NCBI GenBank assembly: GCA_041306605.1
Contig: JBFZFB010000091.1
Location: 1-53,635, forward strand
Direction: 5' to 3'
Origin: Lentisphaerota bacterium
GTDB lineage: Bacteria; Verrucomicrobiota; Kiritimatiellia; UBA8416; JAQBFJ01
Length of the DNA stretch: 53,635 nt
Part shown: positions 1 through 8,405 of the stretch, piece by piece
How positions within the stretch are numbered: the stretch's first letter is position 1
Layout: every line of letters starts with the position of its first letter
Notes under the pieces: generated by a model
Databases searched by the model: none
What the model was told of the DNA's origin: nothing
What the model saw: the letters and a program-made list of their open reading frames with translations, nothing else
Program-made: the position numbers and the translations under genes

Positions 1-323
1 TGCACCAAATCTTGTCTTTAACAAGTAAAACAGTCCAAAACCGAGTAAAATGAACTTGAAACACATATGACGAAAACAGGTTTTGCATCACCATATAGGT
101 TAACCATTTACAAACCGTGCAGAAAATATTTTGCACGGAATTGCCCCGGAAAAGCCTCGAAATTGCGGCTCATACGTTGGCATTTATATTCTCGTGCAAA
201 ATTCAGGACATATATTACCGTTTTTTTCATTTGTCCGCTCCTTGGATGATCGGCGTTTACTAGCTGGAATAAGATATATCAACCTGAGATCACATAGAAG
301 GGCGTCAATAGACTTCTCTGATT

Positions 324-1277
324 CTACAAAGCTTTTCTGACACGATCCCAATCTTCTTTCTTCCACAGCAGATTTCCTGTGTTAAACAAATATCCTTTGT
401 CGTGGGCAAATTCGCCAATTCCTTCAAATTTGACAGTACCAGTAACACTTTCTGCACTTTTGACCTTTTCCATATCTCCCGGAAGAATTGGACCATTCCA
501 TGCCGTGATTGTGTAATTTTTTCTGCCTTTTTTGCCTTTATAATCAAGGGGGGCGTAGTTTTTGTCTTTTTGGACAAACCCGCAAATATAAGCAGTTATT
601 GGTTTGAACGAAGGTAAACTGTCAAATAGTTCTTCAGATTCTTGAGAGGAAAGGCTCCCTACATCCTGTCCGCGCTTAAGTACTTTGTCTTTAAAGACAC
701 TGATAGCCTTGAAAAACGCAAACAAATGATCTCTGCCAGTGCCAACCTTAACGAGAACATGAATGTCAGAATGATTGAATTGATCGCCGGGAATATCCAG
801 CCAAATCCCATTCCATTTTGTTGTCTTTAGGCTGACGGTTATTCTGGGCGCACGATATTCGGCTTTTTCTTCGCGAATCATGTGAATATCCATTGGGAGA
901 TAGTCTTCCATCTTGCCTTTTTCGTGGCCGAGTTGAGATTCTATCTGCCATGTTTTCTTCATGAATAATGTAAATGCAAATTCCCCAAGATATCCTCGTG
1001 TCATGTCTGCCCATAATTGGCCTAGATCACGCTGGCGAGCCCCGCCATAGTCTGTTGCGGCAGTCTTATGCAAAATCTTAAGAGCATCTACACACATTTT
1101 CGTATAACCATTTTCGTCGATAAGTATGCTGTTCGGTAAAAGTCTTTCTTCCAGCCACATTTTCGGAGAACAATTGGGTGTAATCTCTCCGCCGATGGTT
1201 GCTTTTTCCAATATTTTCCCTGCCTCTTCATTTGAAAGCACAAATTCGTCCGCAATTCGCTTAATTACTTCGCACAT
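324..1277 (-). CDS. Putative type II restriction endonuclease (PD-(D/E)XK-like), partner of the adjacent C5 methyltransferase
   Basis: ORF 324..1364. Preferred start is ATG at 1277, with AGAGGAGAG Shine-Dalgarno 6 nt upstream. That start overlaps the methyltransferase stop (1261) by 17 nt, suggesting translational coupling. GYLGEFAF ... PMDIHMI ... VSLKTTK fits an E / D / (S,E)xK nuclease core. No family recognised; the call rests mainly on context. Confidence 0.5.
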   Translation of the reverse strand: MCEVIKRIADEFVLSNEEAGKILEKATIGGEITPNCSPKMWLEERLLPNSILIDENGYTKMCVDALKILHKTAATDYGGARQRDLGQLWADMTRGYLGEFAFTLFMKKTWQIESQLGHEKGKMEDYLPMDIHMIREEKAEYRAPRITVSLKTTKWNGIWLDIPGDQFNHSDIHVLVKVGTGRDHLFAFFKAISVFKDKVLKRGQDVGSLSSQESEELFDSLPSFKPITAYICGFVQKDKNYAPLDYKGKKGRKNYTITAWNGPILPGDMEKVKSAESVTGTVKFEGIGEFAHDKGYLFNTGNLLWKKEDWDRVRKAL

Positions 1278-2454
1278 AACATGCTCTCCTCTTTTGGACA
1301 TAACTGAATAAATCTGGTTGTTCTTTCCATGACGGCTGAGAGTACTCGTATGGGATGCCGGCAAAGGTTTTTAGGATGGCAGTGAAAATTATTTCAGCCA
1401 TTACTGGTGATACCGCCATTCCAATCTGCTTTCGGACACTTTCTTTTGATCCTTCGAAAACAAAGTTATCGGGAAAGGTTTGAAGTCTTGCACGTTCTCT
1501 ATTTGTTAACGCTCTTGGCTCGGTCCAATGGTAGCCATGAGTACCTCCTCCTCCGCTCCCGGTTATTGTATAAGACGGTTTGTCCGGATGAAGTCTGCGA
1601 TATATTTGACTCATTCTAACTTTTTCTACATTCAGCTTGAGATGTTGAGGCAAATCAGCACTCCACGCATTTTCGCCAGGCTTTGTCCGTTTTAGTCTTT
1701 CTATTACGGCAGATGATTGCGCAGTTTTCTCATTGTTTGGTGCATTCGCGGCTATGGGGGGATTCTCAATCGCATATCTTGCCGTTATAGGATGGTTTTG
1801 TGTCGTGGGTTTAGGGACGCGAAATGTTAGATTGTACAGGTTATCGATCCCGACTATAATGATTCGATGTCTGGCTTGCGGAATGCCATAATCTTCAAAT
1901 TTATATAGATGCACGGTAAGATTATAGCCATTACCTGCTCCACGAAGATCGGAGAGGATCTTTCGCAAAGCTCGTCCTTCATTAGCACTAGCAATACCAC
2001 CGACATTCTCGGCAATAAAAAACTTTGGCTTGAAATATTCAAGAACTTGAACGCCGTATGAATACAAAGGGCCAAATGTGCCGTTAAACCCTTTTTGTTC
2101 GCCAACTAAGCTATAGTCATTACAAGGGAAGCCATAGGCGAAGGCATCAATTGGAGGCAATTCTTTTATATCAAGATTTCTTATGTCTTTACATATGACA
2201 CTCTCGGGATTGTCAGGACAGATATTCCGAATATAAGTACGGCAAGTATCTTCGTCATAATCATTAGCCCATGAATGTTTAAATTCGTATTTCCCAATGT
2301 ATGATGACATGTGAGAACGCAATGCTCCCAATGCAATGCCACCAGGCCCGCAAAAGAGTTCGCCGAGTCGGAAAACTATGTTTTTCTGCAATCTGGCAGG
2401 GTTTTCCTTAACCTTTGAACTACTTTTAACTGATCTTTTGTTTCGCACTCCCAT
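1261..2454 (-). CDS. DNA (cytosine-5)-methyltransferase (Dcm-type)
   Basis: Canonical C5-MTase motifs: I ELFCGPGGIALG, IV GFPCNDYS, VI FIAENVGG, VIII QARHRIIIVG, IX/X TFPDNFVF and QIGMAVSP. The track start at 2502 is a GTG lying inside the tandem repeat. ATG at 2454 (MGVRNKR...) is more plausible. Confidence 0.9.
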   Translation of the reverse strand: MGVRNKRSVKSSSKVKENPARLQKNIVFRLGELFCGPGGIALGALRSHMSSYIGKYEFKHSWANDYDEDTCRTYIRNICPDNPESVICKDIRNLDIKELPPIDAFAYGFPCNDYSLVGEQKGFNGTFGPLYSYGVQVLEYFKPKFFIAENVGGIASANEGRALRKILSDLRGAGNGYNLTVHLYKFEDYGIPQARHRIIIVGIDNLYNLTFRVPKPTTQNHPITARYAIENPPIAANAPNNEKTAQSSAVIERLKRTKPGENAWSADLPQHLKLNVEKVRMSQIYRRLHPDKPSYTITGSGGGGTHGYHWTEPRALTNRERARLQTFPDNFVFEGSKESVRKQIGMAVSPVMAEIIFTAILKTFAGIPYEYSQPSWKEQPDLFSYVQKRRACYVRSN

Positions 2455-2487
2455 ATGATTGCATATCCCCAATCCATCGCTTTTAGT

Positions 2488-2633
2488 CAAGGGCAAACTC
2501 ACTTCGCTCGGTTGCTTTCAGGCGGGGATGACTGCGAAGTATAGCCCTGTTATTATTCTTCAAGGGTAACCTCGCTTTGCTCGGTTGCTTTCAGACGTGG
2601 ATGACTGCGAAGTATAGCCCTGTTATTATTCTT
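2488..2633. repeat. Tandem direct repeat, 2 x 73 bp (2488-2560 and 2561-2633), a few mismatches
   Basis: Read directly: CAAGGG(C/T)AA(A/C)CTC...GCTCGGTTGCTTTCAG(G/A)CG(G/T)GGATGACTGCGAAGTATAGCCCTGTTATTATTCTT occurs twice back to back, immediately upstream of the methyltransferase. Confidence 0.9.
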
Positions 2634-2951
2634 ACATGCTACCCCAATCGAGCTATCCATCCTCATTTGTCGAACCTACTGTATTCTTCTGCTTGAACCA
2701 AAGCAACTTCTTTTTTTCACTCTTTTCGGAACCCAAAAGCCATCTGCTCAGCCATAACCGGAACCGAAAATTCAATCTATGGAACCTCAACCGGTTGCTC
2801 GCCTCTCAATCTGTCCCTGGCAAGATCATAAACCAATCCAGCCTCTTTACTCCAAATGCGGATCAGTAGCATCTTCGTCGATCCGCAACTCGGACAACAC
2901 ACGGCCTGGACTTGAGGAGCATGATTTGACGAACAGTACGCCTGCTGTTGA

Positions 2952-3236
2952 CGAGACGGCATGCCTGCATGGCAGGAGTATATAGCGGGTACATCCCCTG
3001 ATAACGGCAACTCCGTTTTTGCCATTATGGACACATCAAATGTTCTGACAAATGGTCTTGTGATCTATTGGATGAGTGTTACCGGAAAATATTACACCAT
3101 TGCAGAGTCCACGAATCTGTTTCTGGGTTTCTCTCCGTTAACCAGTGGAATACCTGCAACCCCGCCGGGAAACGTATACACCAGCCCAATTGTCAGCCCC
3201 GGCCACTGGTATTACCGTATAAAAGTGGATCAATAA
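2952..3236 (+). pseudogene. Orphan C-terminal fragment of a secreted repeat-type protein
   Basis: Frame opens right after a stop at 2949. It reads RDGMPAWQEYIAGTSPDNGNSVF followed by a ~65-aa beta-rich tail ending YYRIKVDQ. This resembles the calcium-binding-type linker plus C-terminal domain of large secreted proteins. No N-terminal body or signal peptide; upstream frames are broken. Confidence 0.3.
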
Positions 3237-3245
3237 ATATCCGGT

Positions 3246-3500
3246 TTATTCTCTTGGGCTGTATAGGGCGTTGACGATGCCGAAGGCCATCATGCCGCCC
3301 GCTATCACCACGCATGTGGCAACTGTCCGCCATAAGGTGTCTTTCTGTGTAAAATCCCATATCGCGAGTATGCACGCGATAACACTTGCGATAATGCATA
3401 AAGTAATTACCGTGAAAGACAAAGTTTTTACCTTGTTGGGGTTGATTAATCCGCGTTGTTTGCGTTTTGGCATCATTGGTGGTTGAAATGTTTCTGTCAT
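3246..3500 (-). CDS. Small membrane protein (two predicted TM helices), unknown function
   Basis: 84-aa ORF with AAGGA 9 nt upstream of ATG. Two hydrophobic stretches: LSFTVITLCIIASVIACILAIW and VATCVVIAGGMMAFGIVNAL. Confidence 0.5.
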   Translation of the reverse strand: MTETFQPPMMPKRKQRGLINPNKVKTLSFTVITLCIIASVIACILAIWDFTQKDTLWRTVATCVVIAGGMMAFGIVNALYSPRE

Positions 3501-3834
3501 AATTGTTTCATCCTTTCAATAGGCAAGATATGACTCTCAAGCCGGGGAAACAAGCAGTAAATATTATAAAGAAGTAGAAGAGAAGACAGAAGTTAAGAAT
3601 TGAGGGTAAGAGGACGGGAAGTCTGACGGGATGACAAGATGCGAAGAGATGGGGTAAGACAGGATGGTTCAAGAAATCCGGATTAAAATATCGCGGATTT
3701 TTTGAATGGTTTTCCTGATGGGGAAAGGAATAATGGAAAACGATAAAACATTAGCTGGTTATCTGTCTGAATATTTGACAGTATTTTCTGGAAATATCTG
3801 AATAAATACGCGTGTTTTTAAAAGAAGGAGATGT

Positions 3835-4551
3835 ATGAAGTTGTGGGGAATCTACAAGAGATTTCCTTATTTGGAATACAGACACCGGCTTGTGGCAAAT
3901 CTGCCTCAAAACGCGTCTCTCCTTGAAGTGGGATCTTCTTCGTGTGACAGGGCTAAGCTGTTCAAATTCATGCGGCCTGATTTGAATGTGTATGCCACGG
4001 ACGTTAAAGATTTTTCAGCATCGGCAGGTAGTGAGATATCTTTCTTTATGGCTGATATAACCAAAGGCCTGCCGGAAGAGTTTGAAAACAAGTTTGACTG
4101 TGTTACCGCGATGCATGTTTTTGAACATCTCGCGCCGCGTGATTATGACAGCGCCATTGACGCTATCAAGAAGGTTCTGAAACAGGGAGGCACGTGGTAT
4201 ATCGAGACGCCGGGCATACGGTCTTTGTTTTTTCCGTCATTTTCTCTAGGGCGGAAGCAGTTTCATTGCCCGTTGAATTTTTATGATGATCCGAGTCATG
4301 TCAGGCCTTTTTCCAAATGCGGCCTGTATTTTCTGTTGAAGGATCACGGGTTTGAAGTAAAGCGCACGGGAACAGCCCGTAACATGCTGTTTTTGTTGAG
4401 TTCTCCTCTGCTGGTGCTGGCGGGGATTTTGTTTTGCAGAAGGTTATGGCTGGCGATAGGGCTTTGTAATTTATTCGGCTGGTCCGTGTTCGGGCATGGG
4501 GTGATGTTGCGAAAAGAAAGAAACAGTAGTTCTGATGTTGGTGTTTCTTGA
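3835..4551 (+). CDS. Class I SAM-dependent methyltransferase with hydrophobic C-terminal tail
   Basis: Strong GAAGGAG RBS. Motif I-like LLEVGSSS, plus VTAMHVFEHL and LKQGGTWYIETP, typical of Methyltransf_11/23-type enzymes. C-terminus LFLLSSPLLVLAGILF is hydrophobic. Confidence 0.8.
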   Translation: MKLWGIYKRFPYLEYRHRLVANLPQNASLLEVGSSSCDRAKLFKFMRPDLNVYATDVKDFSASAGSEISFFMADITKGLPEEFENKFDCVTAMHVFEHLAPRDYDSAIDAIKKVLKQGGTWYIETPGIRSLFFPSFSLGRKQFHCPLNFYDDPSHVRPFSKCGLYFLLKDHGFEVKRTGTARNMLFLLSSPLLVLAGILFCRRLWLAIGLCNLFGWSVFGHGVMLRKERNSSSDVGVS

Positions 4552-4586
4552 CATGGCAAAGGTGTTTTGATAAGTAATGCACTCCT

Positions 4587-4697
4587 ATGGGACAACAGTT
4601 AAGAATTTTAAGAAAGCGAAGACGGCGTAAGGGGAGAATCAAGCGTTTGAGAGCCCGCCTTGCGGAGAGCAAGAAGAAGGCTAGTGCAAAGGCTTAA
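4587..4697 (+). CDS. Candidate 36-aa Arg/Lys-rich micro-protein (not in ORF track)
   Basis: ATG..TAA reads MGQQLRILRKRRRRKGRIKRLRARLAESKKKASAKA, with 17 of 36 residues R or K. It lies in the gap between convergent genes. No clear SD, so weakly supported. Confidence 0.3.
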   Translation: MGQQLRILRKRRRRKGRIKRLRARLAESKKKASAKA

Positions 4698-4754
4698 CGG
4701 CATATCGCATTTGATTTTCGGGTTTGTGCTGTATTCTTTCTGATTTACGTATAT

Positions 4755-5663
4755 TTAACGGCATGCGCGTTTATTGTGTATGGCGATTTTTGCGTTTCTT
4801 TGCATCCTCACAAGGCCGGTTCTGAAGACAGCCGTGTTTTTAAAGCGCGTTTTGAACTGTTCTTGTGTCATAGCCAGACACTGGTCAGGGTCGGGCATTT
4901 CTTTTCCGCGTAATTCCGGCATTATATTTGTGTCGTTTTCTGGATTTTTGGGGCATACGGCGGTGCAGAAATCACAGCCGAATAATGCTTCGCCCATTAG
5001 CGGCTGTATATCGGAGGGGATATCTTCCTTGTGTTCTATTGTAAGGTAAGAGAGACATTTCCGGGCGTCTATGGTGCCGTCGGATTGAATGGCTCCGGTA
5101 GGGCAGGCTTTAACGCAGAGAGCGCAGTTGCCGCATTGTTGTGCAATTTGCCCGGAAGGAGAGAGTTCCGCATCGGTCAGCAATATTCCAAGCAGGATGC
5201 AGCAGCCGTGGGAGGGGTTGACTATTTGTCCTTGTTTTCCGCGCCAGCCTATTCCGGCACGGATGGCCCATTCTCTTTCCAGAATCGGGAAAGAGTCTAC
5301 ACATGCGCGGGTGATTGTTGCAGGGGTTTTGCCGGCGATGAATTCAGCGAGTTTCGTGAGTTTTGTTGTGATGACGGTGTGATAATCGGTATTGCGCGCG
5401 AAGCATGAGAAGCCTTTGCCGGGCTGTTTGTTTGCCGGGTATCGCGCGGCGGTTACGATGACGGATTTTATTCCCGGAACGGCATTGCGCGGGTCGGCGC
5501 GGAGATCCAGGTTGCGGGAGAGATAATTCATGCCAGCTGAATTTCCGCTTGCGATCCATTTGTTGAAAATTTCCATCGTTTCTGATGGGCCTGCTTTTGC
5601 GATGCCGGTGGTGGCGAATCCCAGTTTCAGCGCGTGGTCGATTATTTCCTGTTCAAGGCGCAT
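4755..5663 (-). CDS. queG: tRNA epoxyqueuosine(34) reductase
   Basis: Two ferredoxin-type clusters (CGNCALCVKACPTGAI; CDFCTAVCP). N-terminal domain pattern LGF...GIA and WIA.G..A.M.YL is typical of QueG. Confidence 0.9.
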   Translation of the reverse strand: MRLEQEIIDHALKLGFATTGIAKAGPSETMEIFNKWIASGNSAGMNYLSRNLDLRADPRNAVPGIKSVIVTAARYPANKQPGKGFSCFARNTDYHTVITTKLTKLAEFIAGKTPATITRACVDSFPILEREWAIRAGIGWRGKQGQIVNPSHGCCILLGILLTDAELSPSGQIAQQCGNCALCVKACPTGAIQSDGTIDARKCLSYLTIEHKEDIPSDIQPLMGEALFGCDFCTAVCPKNPENDTNIMPELRGKEMPDPDQCLAMTQEQFKTRFKNTAVFRTGLVRMQRNAKIAIHNKRACR

Positions 5664-5699
5664 GATAAATGAAGTCCAGTGTTTGTTTGAAACAAGATG

Positions 5700-6221
5700 T
5701 CAGGTTTTGTCGAGCAATGTTATGATTCTTTTTGCGATCTGGTCTGGTGTCAGGTTTGTTGTGTCAATCTGGCATGGAATGGTGTTGTAAGCGTTACGCC
5801 GTGAATCGAGCAGGCTTTTTATTTTGTTCAATTTATCTTCGTTATTCCCTGCGAGAAGAGGGCGGCTGTTGTTGTCGAGCAGTCGTTTGAGTATTGTTTC
5901 CGGTCCGGCGTTCAGGCAGACAACGAATCCGGTTTTGGAATAATTGCTGATATTTTCCGGGTCGAGCACGATTCCGCCTCCGGTAGCGATGACGAGGTTG
6001 CTTTGCTGGGATAATTCCAGAGCCAGTGCTTTTTCCATTGAGCGGAACCGTGGTTCGCCGTCCTGCTCGAAGATGTCAGAGATGGACTTATGTTCACGTT
6101 GCTGGATGATGTCATCCATGTCGAGGAACGTCATATTAAGTTCTTGTGCCAGTTTTTTGCCGACGGTTGTTTTGCCTGTTCCCATAAAGCCGGCCAGGAC
6201 GATATTAATTTTGGTTTTCAC
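5700..6221 (-). CDS. aroK: Shikimate kinase
   Basis: INIVLAGFMGTGKTTVGKKLA Walker A, then DMDDIIQQ, FR..E and ATGGGIV. In-frame GTG at 6221 gives a 173-aa protein. The longer track ORF (to 6515) would overlap the divergent gene and has no kinase-like N-terminus. Confidence 0.9.
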   Translation of the reverse strand: MKTKINIVLAGFMGTGKTTVGKKLAQELNMTFLDMDDIIQQREHKSISDIFEQDGEPRFRSMEKALALELSQQSNLVIATGGGIVLDPENISNYSKTGFVVCLNAGPETILKRLLDNNSRPLLAGNNEDKLNKIKSLLDSRRNAYNTIPCQIDTTNLTPDQIAKRIITLLDKT

Positions 6222-6285
6222 GGTTATATTTATACATGTTTCCGTTGTTGCTGGACAAGTATGTTTTGCGGTAGAGTAACCAAAG

Positions 6286-7671
6286 ATGAGGATTACGTGT
6301 ATATTTTTATTCATTCTGGCGGTTACCGCGCGGTGCGGACTGGCTATTGGCCCGCATGAGGTATTATTACTGGCCAATGGGCAGTCGGTGGATTCTGTTG
6401 AGATAGCCAAGGAATATATGAAACTGCGTAATATTCCTGAGCAGAACATGGTGCGTTTGGATTTGCCTGTGTTTAAGGATGATTCGTGCAACGGGATAAC
6501 CACTAATGAATTCACTGCGTATATATGGGAGCCGGCGGTCAGGGCGATGAAGGAGCGCGGGCTGGAAGATCATATACTTGCCTGGGTTTATTCTGTTGGT
6601 TTCCCGATTATTGTAGCGACAGAGCCGTCCGTTTCAGTGCAGGGCTTGACCTTCATGCGCAACAATCTGCCGTCCGGTGATGAGATAAGGAGAGGTGTTT
6701 ACAATTCGGTTCTTTTTGGCGGGCCGCATGGCTGGGATGATGTTTCGCATTATTCGCAGACGTTTGATGTTTACAAGCAGTGGCTTGGCGATGAGATGCC
6801 TTTGCCCAGTATGATGCTGGGTTATACCGGTGCAGGCGGTAGCACGAAAGAAGCTGTGCTGGCGTATCTGGTGCGCGGGGTGGAGGCTGATGGCCGGAGG
6901 CCGGCGGGTACAGTGTATTTTGTTACCAGTGATGATGTCCGTTCCAAGTGCAGGGAATGGCAGTTTAACAACGCGGTAAAGGAGCTTAAATCACTGGGGG
7001 TTAAAGCTGTTATTGTTCCGAAGTTTCCAGCGGGAGCGGATGATGTTATGGGGTTGATGATGGGGGCGGCAATAGTGACGCCGCAACGGGTGGCGGGTTA
7101 TTTGCCGGGATGCATGGCGGAGCATTTGACCAGCGCGGCCGGTGTTTTCAAGGATGGCGGCCAGACCAAGCTTACGGCGTGGCTGGAAGCAGGCGCCACG
7201 GCATCCGCCGGAACAGTGACAGAGCCGTTTTCGATTTGGGCAAAGTTTCCCAACGCGCGTTTTTTCACTCACTACGCGTCAGGCTGTTCAATGATAGAGA
7301 GTTTTTTTCAGTCGGTTATGTGTCCTTTGCAGATTCTTTTCGTTGGAGAGCCGCTTGCCCAGCCGTGGGTTTTGCGTGATGAGGCGGTATTGAGCGGTAT
7401 TGACGATGATGCGGTATCGGGGGTTTTGAAGCTAAAAGCGGTTGTTAAGGGTGAGAGTAACGGGTATTACAGTAGATACATGTTTCTACTGGACGGCCGG
7501 CGTATCGGGGTGGTGTCATCTATTACCGGGCGCGAGAGTGAGGTTTTTCAATTTGATTCAACGGCTTTTAAGAATGGCGAACATTTATTGCGGGTGGTGG
7601 CTTACCGGGCTGGTTTGGTGAGGATACAGGTTTTTGACGAGAAGAAAATTGTTATTCGCAACGGCAATTGA
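6286..7671 (+). CDS. Secreted conserved hypothetical protein (TIGR03790-like by N-terminal pattern)
   Basis: Signal peptide MRITCIFLFILAVTARCGLA. HEVLLLANGQSVDSVEIAKEYMKLRNIPEQNMVRL resembles the opening of the TIGR03790 family as I remember it. Function unknown. Confidence 0.6.
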   Translation: MRITCIFLFILAVTARCGLAIGPHEVLLLANGQSVDSVEIAKEYMKLRNIPEQNMVRLDLPVFKDDSCNGITTNEFTAYIWEPAVRAMKERGLEDHILAWVYSVGFPIIVATEPSVSVQGLTFMRNNLPSGDEIRRGVYNSVLFGGPHGWDDVSHYSQTFDVYKQWLGDEMPLPSMMLGYTGAGGSTKEAVLAYLVRGVEADGRRPAGTVYFVTSDDVRSKCREWQFNNAVKELKSLGVKAVIVPKFPAGADDVMGLMMGAAIVTPQRVAGYLPGCMAEHLTSAAGVFKDGGQTKLTAWLEAGATASAGTVTEPFSIWAKFPNARFFTHYASGCSMIESFFQSVMCPLQILFVGEPLAQPWVLRDEAVLSGIDDDAVSGVLKLKAVVKGESNGYYSRYMFLLDGRRIGVVSSITGRESEVFQFDSTAFKNGEHLLRVVAYRAGLVRIQVFDEKKIVIRNGN

Positions 7672-7673
7672 TT

Positions 7674-8198
7674 ATGAAAAAGTGTGTATTTTTTGACAGG
7701 GATGGCGTGGTTAACAGGTCGCCCGGTCCGGGTTATGTCGAGCGCTGGGCTGATTTTAAATTAATGCCGGAATTTGTGGACGTGCTTGGCAAGGTCACGG
7801 AATTGGGTTATGGGGCGGTTGTGGTGACGAATCAGCGCGGTGTAAAGCTGGGTGTTGTGAGTGAAGCGGCGCTGTCTGATATGCATGATAATCTGAAGAA
7901 GGTGCTACGTGAAAAGCATGGTTTAAAACTGCTTGATATCATGGTTTGTCCGCATGATGATAATGAATGTGACTGCCGCAAGCCTAAGCCGGGTATGCTG
8001 CTTGAAGCCGCGCGGAAGCATGGGATTGACTTGAAGGCATCCTGGATGATAGGAGATGGAGTCAGGGATGTTGAAGCTGGCCGGCGCGCAGGGTGCAGAA
8101 CTGTTTTTATAGGCACTCGTGATAAAGGCGCTGATGCTGATTATTGCGTTGCCGACATGGCGGAACTGGTTGAGAAAATAGAGAATATACTGGGTTAG
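7674..8198 (+). CDS. gmhB: D-glycero-D-manno-heptose 1,7-bisphosphate phosphatase / HAD-IIIA hydrolase
   Basis: FFDRDGVVN, VVVTNQ, Zn-site CPHDDNECDCRKPKPGML and MIGDGVRDVEAG. Start is ATG 7674 (or TTG 7668, overlapping the upstream stop). Confidence 0.8.
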   Translation: MKKCVFFDRDGVVNRSPGPGYVERWADFKLMPEFVDVLGKVTELGYGAVVVTNQRGVKLGVVSEAALSDMHDNLKKVLREKHGLKLLDIMVCPHDDNECDCRKPKPGMLLEAARKHGIDLKASWMIGDGVRDVEAGRRAGCRTVFIGTRDKGADADYCVADMAELVEKIENILG

Positions 8199-8238
8199 AA
8201 TTAAGCCATTTACAGAAGAAATTAGACCCTCGTGTACT

Positions 8239-8334
8239 CCCCTCAGGTCCATAGGACCTTCCGGGTCCGAGGACGGGTTTGAGGACAGACAGGATAACCC
8301 TCAGGGCCGGAGCTCTTCCGGGTCCGAGGACAGG
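8239..8334. repeat. Imperfect ~38-bp direct repeat pair (8239-8277 and 8297-8334)
   Basis: CCCTCAGG(T/G)CC...CTTCCGGGTCCGAGGAC(G/A)GG occurs twice, 58 bp apart, just upstream of the decayed GxxExxY gene. Confidence 0.7.
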
Positions 8335-8405
8335 ATATGATGATTAGATAGGGGAAACGGGACCAGTCTTATCATGTTAATCTTTTGGGACAGAAAGCCA
8401 AAGGG

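Noticed and set aside
1-66. Minus-strand ORF start (MCFKFILLGFGLFYLLKTRFGA...) running off the left edge
   Set aside because: Only 22 codons are visible and there is no RBS. It could be the N-terminus of a membrane protein, but it cannot be supported from this window.
112-200. Near-palindrome GTGCAGAAAATATTTTGCAC and inverted TTTTGCACG/CGTGCAAAA pair downstream of the nuclease gene
   Set aside because: AT-rich, imperfect, and not followed by a T-run in the relevant orientation. There is insufficient evidence to call it a terminator or a controller-protein box.
2488-2633. Possible CRISPR array
   Set aside because: There are only two units, directly adjacent with no spacers, and each unit is 73 bp long. 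No cas genes are nearby.
6222-6515. N-terminal extension of the shikimate kinase ORF (271-aa version)
   Set aside because: The extension overlaps the divergent secreted-protein gene and has no similarity to AroK. An in-frame GTG at 6221 gives a normal 173-aa kinase beginning just before the P-loop.
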